Assembly (NCBI GenBank): GCA_964188305.1
Contig: OZ076896.1
DNA: 64,000 nucleotides
Source of the DNA: Podarcis bocagei
Taxonomy: Eukaryota
Direction: 5' to 3' (one strand)
Shown here: positions 12,465 through 27,111 of the stretch, one piece after another
Position numbering within the stretch: the first letter of the stretch is position 1
Layout: every line of letters begins with the position of its first letter
The notes under the pieces: generated by a model
What the model was told of the DNA's origin: nothing
The model's input: the letters and a program-made list of their open reading frames with translations, nothing else
Database searches by the model: none
Program-made: the position numbers and the translations under genes

Positions 12465-12805
12465 GTAAAGGTAAAGGGACCCCAGACTGTTAGGTCCAGT
12501 CACAGGCGACTCTGGGGTTGCGGCGCTCATCTCGCTTCACTGGCGGAGGGAGCTGGCGTACAGCTTCTGGGTCATGTGGCCAGCATAACTAAGCCGCTTC
12601 TGGCGAACCAGAGCAGCGCATGGAAACGCCGTTTACCTTCCCGCCGGAGCGGTACCTATTTATCTACTTGCACTTTGAGGTGCTTTCAAACTGCTAGGTT
12701 GGCAGGAGCAGGGACCGAGCAATGGGAACTCACCCCGTCGTGGGGATTTGAACCGCCAACCTTCTGATTGGCAAGCCCTAGGCTCTGTGGTTTAGACCAC
12801 AGCAC
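12465..12805 (-). mobile_element. Sauria SINE, slightly 5'-truncated
   Basis: (ACCTTT)n tail on the minus strand, TSD CACTCTAG, and homology to the other copies in the window. Confidence 0.92.
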
Positions 12806-12986
12806 CACTCTAGATCCTGCGTTAATACCACAAGCCTAGAAATGTTTCCTCCAAAGTAAATCCCATTTAGTTCACTGGGGCTTTCTCCCAGGTAAGCAGG
12901 TATTAGGACTGCACCCATGGCCCATTTGGTAACTTTTCTGCTTTTTGCATAATACTATTGGTTTACAAAGTACTTTTGCTTAGTTA

Positions 12987-13348
12987 AAAGGTAAAGGTAC
13001 CCCTGCCCGTACGGGCCAGTCGTGTCCGACTCTAGGGTTGTGCACCCATCTCACTGAAGAGGCCGGGGGCCAGCGCTGTCCGGAGACACTTCTGGGTCAC
13101 GTGGCCAGCGTGATGAAGCTGCTCTGGCGAGCCAGCACCAGCGCTGCACACGGAAACGCCGTTTACCTTCCCGCTATAAAGCGGTACCTATTTATCTACT
13201 TGCACTTAGGGGTGCTTTCGAACTGCTACGTGGGCAGGAGCTGGGACTGAAAGACGGGAGCTCACCCCGCCGCGGGGATTCGAACCACCGACCATGCGAT
13301 CGGCAAGCCCTAGGCGCTGAGGTTTTACCCACAGCGCCACCTGCGTCC
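12987..13348 (-). mobile_element. Sauria SINE, distinct subfamily
   Basis: Same head, body and tail, with diagnostic differences in the 3' half (GGTACCCCTGCCCGTACGGGCC). Confidence 0.9.
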
Positions 13349-13732
13349 AAGTAATAGCTAGCACAGCTAGTCAGGTAGAAAAGGAGAGGCCAGTGAGGAT
13401 AGCTTTTTAAAAACTTCAAATTGTATGTCACCTATGAGCCAAGTATTCAGATAAACTTCTTTGTACTATTGATATTTGCTACATTTTTCAATGAAACATT
13501 TTTCCTTTCTAATTTAAAGATGGTTTCACTCCATTAGCAGAACAGCTCAGTTTCCTTGTTTCGTTACACGCCAAAAGAGAAAATTCAGTGCCCCTCCACC
13601 CCAAATTCAAAAGACTTGCATTCAAATTGGAATTGCATTATCCTCTCAAGACAGCTATTTACATGAAATCTCTTATAGTTTCTCTGTCGGTATAAAATGT
13701 AGATGCCACTGCACATCAGGCCTCTGTTTGGC

Positions 13733-13968
13733 NNNNNNNNNNNNNNNNNNNNNNNNNNNNNNNNNNNNNNNNNNNNNNNNNNNNNNNNNNNNNNNNNNNN
13801 NNNNNNNNNNNNNNNNNNNNNNNNNNNNNNNNNNNNNNNNNNNNNNNNNNNNNNNNNNNNNNNNNNNNNNNNNNNNNNNNNNNNNNNNNNNNNNNNNNNN
13901 NNNNNNNNNNNNNNNNNNNNNNNNNNNNNNNNNNNNNNNNNNNNNNNNNNNNNNNNNNNNNNNNNNNN
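13733..13968. other. Assembly gap (236 N)
   Basis: Run of N. Confidence 1.
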
Positions 13969-16900
13969 ATGCCAGGAATGGTTAAAAATAATTAATAATA
14001 AAAATAATAATGTAAGTGATTGTGGAGATGACATGAGACTTCACAGAACGACATCAAGTAAAGGCTTAGGGCTGTGATCTAATTCAGGCCTGTTTCACCT
14101 TACCATCACCCAGCGTAGCTGCTTGTTGTGTTGTGCTTAACAGTCTGCTTCTGAAACTCCTTCTTTTTTCAGGAGTGGTCTTGTTGGATAGCAGGGTTTG
14201 CCCTGCCATCCAGTCCTTTGGATTGGGGCTTTAATCTAGTCCTGTTTGGACATTGTAATGGTTGAGTTGTACATGGAAGTGGGAAGTCAGGTGTGCCGAG
14301 TACCTCCTTTCCCTGGCGTCACTCAGAGTTCCAGATAATTTGGAAATCTGTACCCTCCCTTCTGATGTCTGTGCTGTACGTGAGGGGAAATCACCTGAAA
14401 TTTGACAGAGAAATCTTGAACCAGAAGGAGTATGTGCAATGTGCAAGGGATCCAATCAGAAGCCAGGGTGACTTCTATAATACTGGAATATGCTGCTCAA
14501 AGCAGAACAGTTGAGGGGTATGAAACTGGAATATACCAATAAAATTAGAGCTATGAAACGAATTAAATATCAGAAACAAAGACGGTCATTACAGCAAATA
14601 AACCAATATATCCATCTACAAAAGCCAGAATTTAAATATAATGTCTTCTCCTGAAATCCATCTTTGGGTTGGGATGAGAATCTAAACTCTAGAAGTTTAA
14701 TCCAGACAAGACAGATGTACCTGCTGGTGAAAGATTCCAGTGAACCAGAAATAGGTATTCAAACTGTTCTGGGCAGCTTTATACTTGTTTCAAAGCAGCA
14801 GATTCATAATTTGGGTGTACTTCTGGATCTTATTTGAAAGCTGCAGTACTGATTTTGAAAATAAATAATAAATTAAAGGAAACTGAATAGCTCGGTTAAA
14901 CAGCCAGGATAGCTCCTTCCAGAATGGAATGCCAGAGAATGAGAATACAGTACCGGCAATACCAGTGGTATATCAAAGCAGGGAACACCTTGAAAGATCA
15001 AACATCATTCCATGCTCATCTTCACTGAGAGAACGGTTACATTCAAGCTTAAGCAAGCAGAGATTTTCACCTCCTCTACCATATGGGAGGTTGATGACAT
15101 AAACCTGATGTAAAAATACTATTTAAAAGGTTTAAAAACTCCACTCATTCATTTTATAACAAGGTTAATTATTTAATAGAAGAGTTCTGCAGTGCTTTGT
15201 AAAAGCATAACAGAATGGCCTAGAGGCACAGTGTATTGATCCATATGGTTAACTGCGCAGAAAATAGTTTTATGTATTCATCCTACTTTTCTAAATATCG
15301 GGAAGCAAACAGCATTCCTCAACTGTAGCTACATGGTTTATAAAGTTAAAAATAAGTAAGTGAGGTGCAGTCTTAGAAGAACAATAATTATACAAGTACT
15401 TTCAATTAAACAAATGTTCTGTTTTCTATATATGCATGTCCTTGGCTTAGTGGAGATACGACGCTTTCAAATTTCTTAACCAATAAGCAACTGGGAGTAA
15501 CCTTCAGGAGCACATTGTTAAACATGGCATAGCTTCAAAGCACATGTTCAAACTCTGGTTTAAAGCTTACTATGGGCAGTATTAGATACAAGCTGATATT
15601 ATGGCTGCCTTGGGATTAATTAAATCCTGCCTTAGCACATAGCTCTATCATTCCTCTCTGAACGGGAATGGGGAAACAAGCCAGAAAGTCAGAGTTAACC
15701 ACAGTTTCCTGTTACACGCAAAGATGAAACTATGGCTAATGGTTAGACCAGAAGCCAGGATACAAAGTAGAAGTCTAAAGCTGGCTTATGAATCCTGGTT
15801 TGTTTGTTTGCAAGCTATTATGCATAACCTGGCTTATTAAGGCAGGATTTGATTGTGCAAACCAGGTCACAGTCAAACCATGGTGAATGCTGAAAACGGA
15901 AAAGAGGAGAAAATTTGTGAGAGAAAGAGAGAAAGGAACCATTATTAAGCAATACCTGCATGAAGCCTTATTGCTATGGAAATATAACATATTGCAACTT
16001 TTTTAAAAAGAAAACAACTGTATGAGCAACGCTCTGAGAGCTTTCCATTTCTTATTTTTTATACTAGGCTAAATGCACCAACTACTGTTACTGCATAATC
16101 TTTGATTTAACAGGGAAACTGTAGCATTTTTAAAAAGTTCAATATGTGCAAAGCATTTCAGCTTGCCAGGTAGAATGACCCCCCCTCTCCTTTCCCCAGG
16201 AATTTTCTTGACCCCCTGAGCCAATTTTTTTTGGGGGTGCAGGTAAAGGGGAAAGTTCCATTGCAGGGCTTGTTAGGTAAATCCTGCGCTATATGTTTAA
16301 ATCCTGAATAATTATCTGTGTATTAAAATCAATAGATTGTATCCAACAGTAGTCATATTCAGAGTACACCCAATGAAATTAATGGACATTACAAAACTTA
16401 GTTACATAAATTTTACTTGGTCTGTTCTGAGTAGAATTTTGCTGGATACAACCCAATATTTTTAAACTAGATACTTGAAAATATGAACGGTTTTGTTTCT
16501 TTGAAGTAGTTACCAAGATTTATCGTATTCAGGGATGTACATTTTCGAAGTTTTTTTTTAATATGACTGTGTATTCTGCAAAACTGGACCTAAAATTTGG
16601 ACCTAAAATCCGTCAGTTAATGGTAATTTAGTGGTATGTTCACAGACAATAGAAAAGAAGTTGTGTGTGTAGCGATACCAAATAATTTATACACAGCAGA
16701 TGTCAGCTGTCATCTTTGTCAATTCCACTAGTCTGCCCTCCCTCCTTCCTTCCCTCCTTAGTCTGGGTGAGCTGTCAAGTTTCTAGTTTCTGATGTGTAT
16801 TTACATCACTCAATGATACTTGACAGTAGTGAAAGGCCACAGAAAACTGCTTATTGATCAGAGCAAAACTAGTTGATGGAACAGATGAGGTTGTATTACT

Positions 16901-17499
16901 GAATTGCGGCTACACTCAGGTGATGACATTTTGTTCCCCTGTATACAAGTGCTTAATGGAATACAACTTCATTATATCATGCCACTAGCGCTTAAAACAT
17001 TGCACAGATTTCATGACTGCTTTTGTGTACGTAGTGATGAAGACAATCTATTTGCACTGGTATGTGCTCATAAACACTTGCAAACTATCAGCCAACTTGC
17101 CAAGATGAATATACCAGACAGGCACTGAAGTCACAATCTTGCAAAATCCTAATTGAGCTGACCTTTTTTTGTTTTTTAACTCAGTGTTACCATTTAGCAG
17201 GGAACAATGGCTCTGGTTTCAACACTTTTAAAACTTTCACACCTCTCAGTGTACATGCTTACATGGCTTTTTAAATGTTTGGAATGGGTATCTTTGCCAG
17301 TGACTAAGATCTAAAAAGTCTCATAGAATCTTGAGTTAGGAGCTCAGATGGGAAGGTAGAGCTGGACACCAGGCAACTGGAAAGAGACATATTAAAGGTA
17401 AAGAGAAGAGGGGATTACAGGAAGGATATGGAATATTAGATTGTCATCTTTTCATGCAGTGTCCAAAGCCTTCCGCTATTTGAAATTCAGCTCTTAGAA

Positions 17500-17739
17500 C
17501 AGGGGTCAGCAAACTTTTTCAGCAGGGGGCCAGTCCAGACCTTGTTGGGGGGCCGGACTATATTTTGGAAAAAGAAGAACAAATTCCTATGCCCCACAAA
17601 TAACCCAGAGATGCATTTTAAATAAAAGCACACATTCTACTCATGTAAAAACACACTGATTCCTGGACTGTCCGTGGGCCGGATTTAGAAGGTGATTGGG
17701 CCAGATCCGGCCCCCGGGGCTTTCGTTTGCCTACCCATG
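17500..17739. mobile_element. hAT MITE
   Basis: Termini CAGGGGTCAGCAAAC / GTTTGCCTACCCATG and a perfect 8-bp TSD TCTTAGAA. Confidence 0.9.
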
Positions 17740-19785
17740 TCTTAGAAGATGGAAACCATTTCCCCACTGCTGAGTTGAACAGCTGTCCTGCTTTGGGACC
17801 AATATGAAAGCCAACTCCACCAGCAATATCCCATCTTTTCCTCCTGACGGCTACTGCACGGAATTAGCACCACTAGGCAATGCATCAGATGTTGGACTGA
17901 AACTAGAAACGGCGCAACTTCATTCACTTATTGAAACATACAAATTAAAGTGTATGTATACAAGCTACCATACACGCAAGTATGTAGCCAAAAGTTTAAA
18001 CAGCGAATCTCAGAAAAAATCATTTTTGTTCATTACTACATTATGTATTTTTTTGTGTTTTTATATGGTAAACTGGCCTGTGATCCTTGGATGAAGGACC
18101 GTACAGGAAATAAATAAATAAAAATACTGCTTTAAATCATATTGGTATTTGTTGAAAAGCATACCAGGGAGTGCATATAACAAACATGTTAGATACTAGG
18201 AAATAATTAATAGGAATCACAGTCCCATTGTTAGAAACATCCCTATACTTGATGAATCTAACCAATAGTAAGTGAAAATAAAGTTACGGTAAGCACTTCA
18301 TGTAAGTGTGCTAATTATATTAATATATCATTAGTTGGTGAACTGTGATACAATGTGAACATTTAAACAGAAGGGACCCTCCCCTGTCTAGTGAATACAT
18401 TCAGATTGCAGGGTCCCCCCCCCATATTTTTATATAACGGCCCATATCCTGTTCTGAAAGTAGAATTTGTTCATAGGATACAGGCACCTAATTACTACTG
18501 TTGGGTTCAGCCAGGTGGTTAACAATTCAAAGCAACACTCTACAATATAAAAGCCACCACACAATAAAAAAGGAAGTAATGGTCTACTTTTTTTTAAAAA
18601 AGCCACATAATTTTGGGTTTCAATTTGTTGTTTTGAAATATCCTGTACACCACCATGAGATTTTTATAATGAAAGACAATTTATAACGAAAGGCAGTATA
18701 AACATGCTTCTAACAAATTCTGAAATCACTATTTCCCCCCATACTTTTATTAACACTGCTAAATTTGCAACACTGCCTTCCATCACTAGAATCCAGATCC
18801 CTTGTTTGAAATGCCTACAGTATTGTCAAATGAACATATTTTTGCCTGACCTTATTTTTAAAAAACAAATTGAGAAATTGTTTTTACTCAAACCTTGACG
18901 GATTGGGGGGGGGGGAATCAGCCTGAGGCAAAGACCTGGTATGGAAATTCCCAAAAGATGAAAGCTGGCAAAGCTATAAGCAATTAAAAATAACAGGAAA
19001 TAACAGTTCTTAATAATAGCAGTTGTATCTTGAGATAGAATGGATCTACATATTTGCCAGTGTCAACATTTTAATGGCAGCCATTTTAAAAAAAGTTTTG
19101 AGTGTGTGTTTACACAGACTTATTTTACAATACACAGAGCTGGAAGAGATTGCAGAGATGAGAAATGGAAAAACGTGTTTAGCTCTTGCAGCTTTCCCAA
19201 GCACAAATGGATGAAAAGCTTAGACTAGGTTACAGCTGGGAAATGGTGGAACTGTCCAATGGAGAAACTAACAATGAGGCAAAAAATGTGGAAAAAAAAA
19301 TACAAATGGTAAAAAAGACATGGTAAAAAATGCACACTTGAAAAGGTAAACTGTCAGGAAAAAAACCTTTGATTTCCAAATGTTCTTTCTAATGTCATAT
19401 TGGGTAACAGCCAAGGTTAGTTAGATTACACCCACTAAAATCAGTGTACTTAAGTCCACTGAATCGAATGTGTCTACTCAGAGTATGACTAACATTGAAT
19501 ATTGCCCAGTTGATTTCTCCGTCCCATGCCCTTTGGAGAACATTTAATAGAAATGCTCCACAAACTAGGGAAATATTTTACGGTCTTTCCTGTACATAAG
19601 CTTCCATTCCCATAACTAACATATGCGAAATTTTAAATGACCAGATGTGTCTTCTGCCAGAGCCTCACCTGTGAAGTACTATTATTTATCAAACTATTGA
19701 TATAAGTTTCTATAGCCACTGGCTCTTTTCCCAGCTACTCTAAGCAGCACATTATGTGGGAATGATACCTGGCACTCTCTATATA

Positions 19786-20027
19786 CAGTGGCACATTGGT
19801 TGTCGAATGTAATCTGTTCCAGAAGACAGCTTGACTTCTAAAACGTTCGACAACCGGGGCATAATGGGCGGTTGGCAAATTCCGTTGAGAAAACGGAGAA
19901 ACGTGCCTCAGAAGCTATTCAACTTCTGAGGTGCGTTCGAAAACAGAAGCATTCTCTTCCGGGTTTTCAGTGTTCGAAAACCGAAATGTTCGGCTTTCCT
20001 AGACGCTCAAAAACTGAGCTTCTACTG
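19786..20027. mobile_element. Diverged Tigger-like MITE
   Basis: TA-CAGTGG...CTACTG-TA. Body is related to the element at 6405-6631. Confidence 0.7.
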
Positions 20028-21474
20028 TAGTCCCAATTACCCCAAATGCTAACTGTGAAATAAAAATGGGAAGTATGTGAGAGAGGCAGAGAGAGATAAA
20101 CAGACCGAGAACGACCCCCCCCTGCACACCCACCTGGAATTGTGACTACAAAAGCACCTCAGTACACATGATGAAGAGTGAAGGGCTTTTTCAAACTCTA
20201 TTGAAAATCTTCTTCTAGGAAAATATAAATAGATATCTAGAAACATTTCGCAACCAAACCTTTCACCAGCTTGTTTGCTTTATAAATGACGTTTGACTTA
20301 ATGGAAAAATATTAAGCCGCTTCCCCCTGTACTCAGTATTTATAGAGAAAACAAGAAATTCTTAGCCATTCTATATGTTTATAACTTAGCAACTTTGACA
20401 CTCATAATGAAAACAGATAAGGATGATGAAGGGCAATGGGTTCTCATATGGCCTTGTTAAGTAAAAAAGGGAAAGAAGCCAGAAAACGAATTAGTTGTTC
20501 CTCGATAGTAAAACTATGCATCCAAAGGCACAACTAGGACCTGCCTCAAACTGAAAAACAATGCCTTTAATTTCCAGGCACTTTCAGACACTTTAAAATT
20601 GTGTCTTTACCCAAAGTCTTTCTGCGATAGAAAAGAAAGATTTGCTGCTACATGCTTAGGTGCCTTATTCTGTTCTCTTCAATGAATTTGTAATTCTACC
20701 GAAATAAACATCCATTGAAAGGTGACCCAAGTGAGTTGCCTGCGTTTAGCACCACCCCTGACTAGTTTTATAGCACTAATAAACAATATTCATTTTGTTG
20801 GTGGGGGAAAATGCTACAGCGGTTTGCAAGATGCTCACATCACTGTCTAAGACTTCAAAAGGGCAGAAACTGACTCTTTGTGACAGGGATATGTGAACTG
20901 GGTAAATACCTGAGCCACTGCTCTAAGCATGCCTGCAGCAGTATCACTACTTATTTTCAAAAAAAGCACCGTAACTGGAGCAATGACTTTTACTGTTTTT
21001 TTTTAGTTAAACTCAAAGGAATCAAAACAATATTTTCTTAAAGCGAACAACACTTGATACTGTCTGGAAACGAGCACATCCTAAACAGTGTGACATTCTG
21101 TTTTTTCAATTGTTTTGTTTCTAAATGGTGCACCCTAAGAACCTAAGAGCTGGCCGGAAGAAGTTCCTGCACAGGATTTCAGTTCCACAAAGAGATGGAG
21201 CTCTTCCATTCATACGAATGGCAGCGCCGTATTCAACCCATTGACTAGCTGGTGGTATGATTTACTTACAGGTCTGATTTGCATCTTTGCATTTTTTAGT
21301 GGCACGGTGCATTGCTTTATTGCCTCTTCTAGAAGCAAAACAGAGACCAATTCCCAACCCCACTCCCAAAAAATCAGATGTCAACACACACATTATGAAA
21401 ATAGAGCTAACAGAAAATTATCCAGCTTTGATGTAAGGCTGGTTTCACTATTTAAAGGGCAGGTGTACACTGTA

Positions 21475-21715
21475 CAGTGGTACCTTGGGTTAAGTACTTA
21501 ATTCGTTCTGGAGGTCTGTTCTTAACCTGAAACTGTTCTTAACCTGAAGCACCACTTTAGCTAATGGGGCCTCCTGCTGCTGCTGCGCCACCACTGCTGA
21601 TTTCTGTTCTCATCCTGAAGCAAAGTTCTTAACCTGAGGTAATATTTCTGGGTTAGCGGAGTCTGTAATCTGAAGCGTATGTAACCTGAAGCGTATGTAA
21701 CCCAAGGTACCACTG
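21475..21715. mobile_element. Tigger-like MITE
   Basis: TA-CAGTGGTACCTTGGGTTA...TAACCCAAGGTACCACTG-TA. Confidence 0.9.
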
Positions 21716-24700
21716 TACTGATTTTGCCACTCCCACTATGCTTCAGACAGGCTACTGAACAGTTCCATATGAAGGTTTCATAACCATTCCATAGCCAGAG
21801 TTACCCATCACTGAGTCTAAGAAAGTCACTGGGACCCTGTTCAGATAAGGCTTCATGGAAGAAGTTTTCAAGCTTGCATAGCATGTTTCCAATCCCCTAG
21901 AAAGCAATGCTTGATCCATGGGTTCCACTCATTTTGGATTTTCCAGGCTCCCCTGCCCCACACACTATTTCTGGAATTAGAATTATCTGTTCCTGAGAAG
22001 TGAGGCATGCTAGGTTTATTCAGAGAGATAGATTATTCAAATAAGCACTTGGTGAGAAATAGGATGCAAGACCAGATGGTTTGATCTGGAAGGGCTCTCC
22101 TTGTCTCCTTTTGTTGTATCCTCTCTTGATATTTCATGATAAGATTACATCATACAAATGGCCCAAGCCAGCAAAACAAACAAACAAACAAACAAACAAC
22201 AACAACGGAAAAAAGAGACAGGCAAGAAACATGCTATTTATTTGTGCTAGTGAGAGGTATTAGTTTACCAATAAACAGACATTAAATCTAGTACCTACCC
22301 TAATACTTACTGCTGCATGTATTGTGGCATTTACAGAGACTTGCGCTTACAAGCATCATGATAAAAGATATGAACACTTTTTTCATTTTGAAGTAGGCTG
22401 TCAAGGAGATTAATGCAACAGTGTCAAGAAAAGGGAAGATTTAAATTTTTCAACAGACAGTAACAAAAGAAGCCAGAAGACCCTGAGGAAAAAAGAAAGT
22501 GGAAAAACTATGATTCAGCTAAACTACTGAGAATCCACAATAGATGCAGACACCACACAGAGCATCAAGAGATACTAGTATGACACTTTAAGATACTTGT
22601 TAACTAATGTCAAGATCATTTGTAAAATGAGAACATCTGGTTAGACATGTCAGAGTTACAATTGTGTTCCTGTCAAAAAATTACCACTTGCCATTTGAAG
22701 GAAAACAAAATTAGGAAGCAAAGCATGAAGAGAGCAATCACCACACTGAAAACAAATATTACCAAGTGCACATCAAAATATTTCCAGAGCTAAAAGACAC
22801 TGTCAGCATTGCATGAAGCACTGACTGCTTTGTCATATCTTTAGCATTCAGTTAAGGGGGTGGGAAAATACAGCTTCCTGTATTGTAGAATTTTGGCCTT
22901 TTTCATTCATTCGATGTATCCTCAGACTGATATCTCTGCATACTTAACGTATTCAATGGAAATCAACACTGTCATTAGAAATTCTCGTTTTAGTAAGTCA
23001 CTCATTATTCATGGAATCAGACGTAGGGCTCAAATGTTAACAAGGTCACATGAGAAACACACTTAAAACAACTTTTATTCATTTCAGAACAGCGTGTGCA
23101 CATCTAATTTTCTTCTTTTCAAAAGAGAGGGTTGTTAGGGGGCAAGTTTATGTGTCTCCTCTCTTAAACTTTGCTTGAGCATGCAAGTCTTTTAAGATAA
23201 TTTTCAGATGTCATGTCAAATTCAATGTACACAGTGACCCCTACTGTTACTCAAGTTGGATATCCAAGGAAAAGCAATGACAGCCCAACCTGGTAAATGA
23301 TTCATTGTCGGTGCAAAGCTTATGGGTACAGTCATTTCCCAACAATGTTTCTTAAGTTTCTGTTAAAATATAACTAATTGTCTTTCCTTTAGTGTGAACT
23401 GATGATACAGTTCACGTATCATCCTTATTTCTAGTCCATAGAACAGATCAGTAATTACTCAGCTCTTCGACTATGTAATGTTTTTCCAGTGATGAAGATA
23501 AACCTTTGGATATATATTATTATACTAACAGTTTGCTCATTTCAATTCTAAAACTTTATTTAAAGATCTCCACTCTGATATCTGTACAAGATACAAAAGC
23601 ATGAATACACCACTTTTTAGAATGCACTTTGTTAATGCATGGGAAAGATAGATGCATGGACCCTAGAAAATAAGAGTTCTAGACAAATAACTTTTGAATT
23701 TGATATTTTGCTGTTTCAAATTATTTCATTTTCTTATTATTCTTGTGTTTTTGGTTGGGTCTGAACTTACAGAGGCTGCCTCTGGTTAAAGGAGAGGAAA
23801 GGCAATTCTTTATGATTCCCCTATACACCTTTCTCCAGAACTGCTCCTGTAAATAACTCTCCATAAGTGTGGCAAGTGACACTGGACTTGCAAAGGGGGT
23901 AGGGAGGAAGGAAGAATAAAAACGCCCCCCCCTGATCTCTTCTAGCATGAGTCTCCAATGGATCAGAACTACTTTTGTTAGCCATCTTGGGCATGGGTCA
24001 TGGAAAGGCAGAATTTAAATGTTTATTATAAACAAAACAGAAAGTAACTTGACCACAAACAAATCCAAAACCAAGGATCTCTCTTCTATTTGCAACACAC
24101 TGGAGTGGCCTGCAATTTCCAGTAGTAGCTAATTTACTCAAGAACATATAGAGAGTGAACTCCCCCCTCCCACTAGAAACTGAAAGTTTTAGGATGTAGT
24201 GATGACAAGCAGAGGAACAAAGATAGCCTTTCAAAGAGGCATGCCCAATGTGTGAGAAAAGCACCCATGGATTGCTCAGCTTATGTGCTTCCTATAGGCA
24301 TATGACTAGCCATATGAGAACAGGATGCTTGGCTAGATGGGGCTTAATTCTTATGGGCATGTTGCCAAAAGAGATGGTTGATACATGCTGTCATGAGCTC
24401 CACAACACTGTTGGGATTGGGGTGAGTTGGCAGGGTCTGACAGAGAAGGGGAAGAAATGGGGGAAGGGGCAGCTGTGTGGGAACTTGGGTTGGGGATGGA
24501 GGGAATCTCCCATTTCCACACCAAATTCTTTCTCTTTGGAAGAGGGAGCAGGGATGTTGGCTTTCCTCTCCAACCTTCCTGTAGAGTGGGACACCTCTGT
24601 GAAGGCTATGGAGTGCTTTGAACAGCTGAGGGGAGAGGCTGAACACAAGGCGGTAGTGTCTGAACAGGAGCCTGAAAAGCAGGGTGCAGTCTTCTCAGCA

Positions 24701-25326
24701 ACAGGTGCCAGCTTCACAGATGGGAGTAGACCCACTCACTCGATGGCCATTGCGCTTGCAAACCCAACTTTCCTACAAGGCAAGAGCGGCTTGCGGATGA
24801 GCCATACCTCATCTTTAAAAGCTTGTTGGGGAAAATTTGTTGGGAGACATAATCTTCAGTTCTGAACTTCTTGCTTTGCTCCCAAACTCCCAAACTGTGA
24901 TTTCTGAGCACAGTGTCTGCTGCCGATATGTCCTGTTCTTTGCCTGACTAAAGATTTCTTGCTTACTTCCAAGTAAGAGTCTGTGTGTGTGTGTGTTGGT
25001 GTTGGGAAGGAACCAGGACACATGTTTCATGATAGTTTCCCTCATGTTCTACAATCCACTCATACAATCTGCCCAGGGTTGGAATGAGCAAACATTAAAG
25101 TAAGAAGTATATTATCAATGCTAAGGAACAGGTGAACCACCTTGAGGGTGGATTTTTTTAAAACAACAACAATCAAGTGGTATATAAAGTTTATGAAATA
25201 AATAATAATAAATACTGAAAATACTGATTAAGCAGCTTATACAAGTTTCTAAATAATTTTTTTAAAAAAAGAATGATATATCCTTTTAAAAAATTCAGTA
25301 AATTGCTTAGAGATTATTCATGTAAG

Positions 25327-25477
25327 GTAAATTGACATACAAACTGCGGGACAAGGACAACTGTGACTTTAAGGAAGAATGGGAGCTTTTTACAAATTAT
25401 CTAAAAAGACAACAAAATGAACTGGACTCCTTGGCAGGTTTTGAATAAACATACACAAATTTATTGGTTGATAACAT

Positions 25478-25518
<41 letters not shown>

Positions 25519-25723
25519 GGTAAGGATATGTATAACTTTATAAAATGCAGAGAATAATATGTGCAGAGAAATCAGAGAGAGGAACTGAGTGAAGTCCCTG
25601 GTGGGAGGGGGGAGGGAGGGATGGAAGGGGGAGTGGGGAAAAAGGGGGGAAATAATGTATGTGATTATACGGTTTGATAATTTGTTATGTTGAAATTGCT
25701 TAATAAAAATATTTATTAAAAAA
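25327..25723 (+). mobile_element. 5'-truncated L1-like retroelement 3' end containing a (GATA)~10 tract
   Basis: 18-bp TSD AGAGATTATTCATGTAAG (25309-26, 25724-41), G-rich 3' UTR, AATAAA and A-rich tail. Confidence 0.8.
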
Positions 25724-26862
25724 AGAGATTATTCATGTAAGCAACCATAACAGTAAAAACAATGATGAAATAAAGTAACTGTCCATGAACACACACCCAG
25801 AAGAAAAGTTCCCATGTGGGCAAGTATATGCTCACTGCTTTCATCTAATAATTTTTCCCATACCCTTAACAGCTGTTGCTAAATTCTCCCAGAGATCAGA
25901 TAGGCCAACATGACTTAAGGTGAGCAGGGTGTACGTTCAGCATCTTAATGTGACAGGAAGTTCAGGGTCAGCCAAAGATTTATTATACTCCACTGACTTG
26001 ACATTCCTGGATAAAGTTTGGTGGAAGGGCAAGAATAAACTAAATAGCTTACGTAGCATAATAGCTTTGCAATTTGGTTGTTGGCGCTGCTAAACTAGTG
26101 AGCAAGAACTCTTGGTGGGATGAGGTAGAGAGATGTTGCTGGTTATCTGAACTTAACAGCATTTTAAAGAGAGAGAGAACAACCACTACTTCTTCAAGCT
26201 CTGCTTACTTTGCTGCCAACTGGAAATCTGTGCACACAGGAAAAATCTAACCCAATCAGCTCTACTTAACACTTCCTCCATTCCATCTTAAGATGGGCAA
26301 GCATCTGGCTTAGGCTTTTGATTATTTCTTGCAACATTCTTCCACCGCTACCTTCCCCTTTTCTTTTTCTGCTTAACATCCAGCTTAAAGAACAGTTCTG
26401 GTGAAAGCTTGCTCACTATGCTTTCACAGGTCCCAATAAAGATATTAATCTGTTTGGACCCCCCCATGGGCCTAAATGACTAATTGTTTGGGATGCTAGT
26501 ACATGCTTTGAAGAATAAATTAGCCTCCGTTACACCGACAGTAACGGGAAAACATGGCAGCACATCATTTACAGAAACAGGTGACAAAATAATGCACTTG
26601 GGTCATCCTTAAAAAGTATTTTTTTAAAATATCTATGCTATGTTTCAAAATATCTATGCTTAGCCTTGTAGAGCAATGCTACAAAAGCCTTATGAAGCAC
26701 AATAAAGACAAATATCTTCAGATTTTGATATTTCTACATGAATCATAATCCTATATCTATAGAACAACTTACCTTGGAAGGTGAGAGACCCTGGATTTAA
26801 CTGACTACAGGTTCATCAATTTAAACATTTCCTGACAGATCAAAGTTGGCCAACACATACTA

Positions 26863-27111
26863 CAGTTGTACCTTGGATCTCAAACACCTTGGTACTCAGA
26901 TACTTTGGCTCCCGAATGCCGCAAACCCAGAAGTGAGTGTTCCAGTTTGTGAACGTTCTTTGGAACCCGAACGTCCAATGGGGCTTCCACCGCTTCCTAT
27001 TGGCTGCAGGAGCTTCCTGCAGCCAATCAGAAGCCGCGTTTGGTTTCTGAACGTTTTGGAAGTAAAATGGACTTCCGGAATGGATTCCATTCGACTTCCA
27101 AGGTACGACTT
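26863..27111. mobile_element. Tigger-like MITE
   Basis: TA-CAGTTGTACCTTGGA...TCCAAGGTACGACTT-TA. Confidence 0.8.

Noticed and set aside
24248-24865. 205-aa ORF on the + strand
   Set aside because: No recognisable domain or supporting gene structure, and it is antisense within SNX24 intron 1. Most likely a chance ORF.
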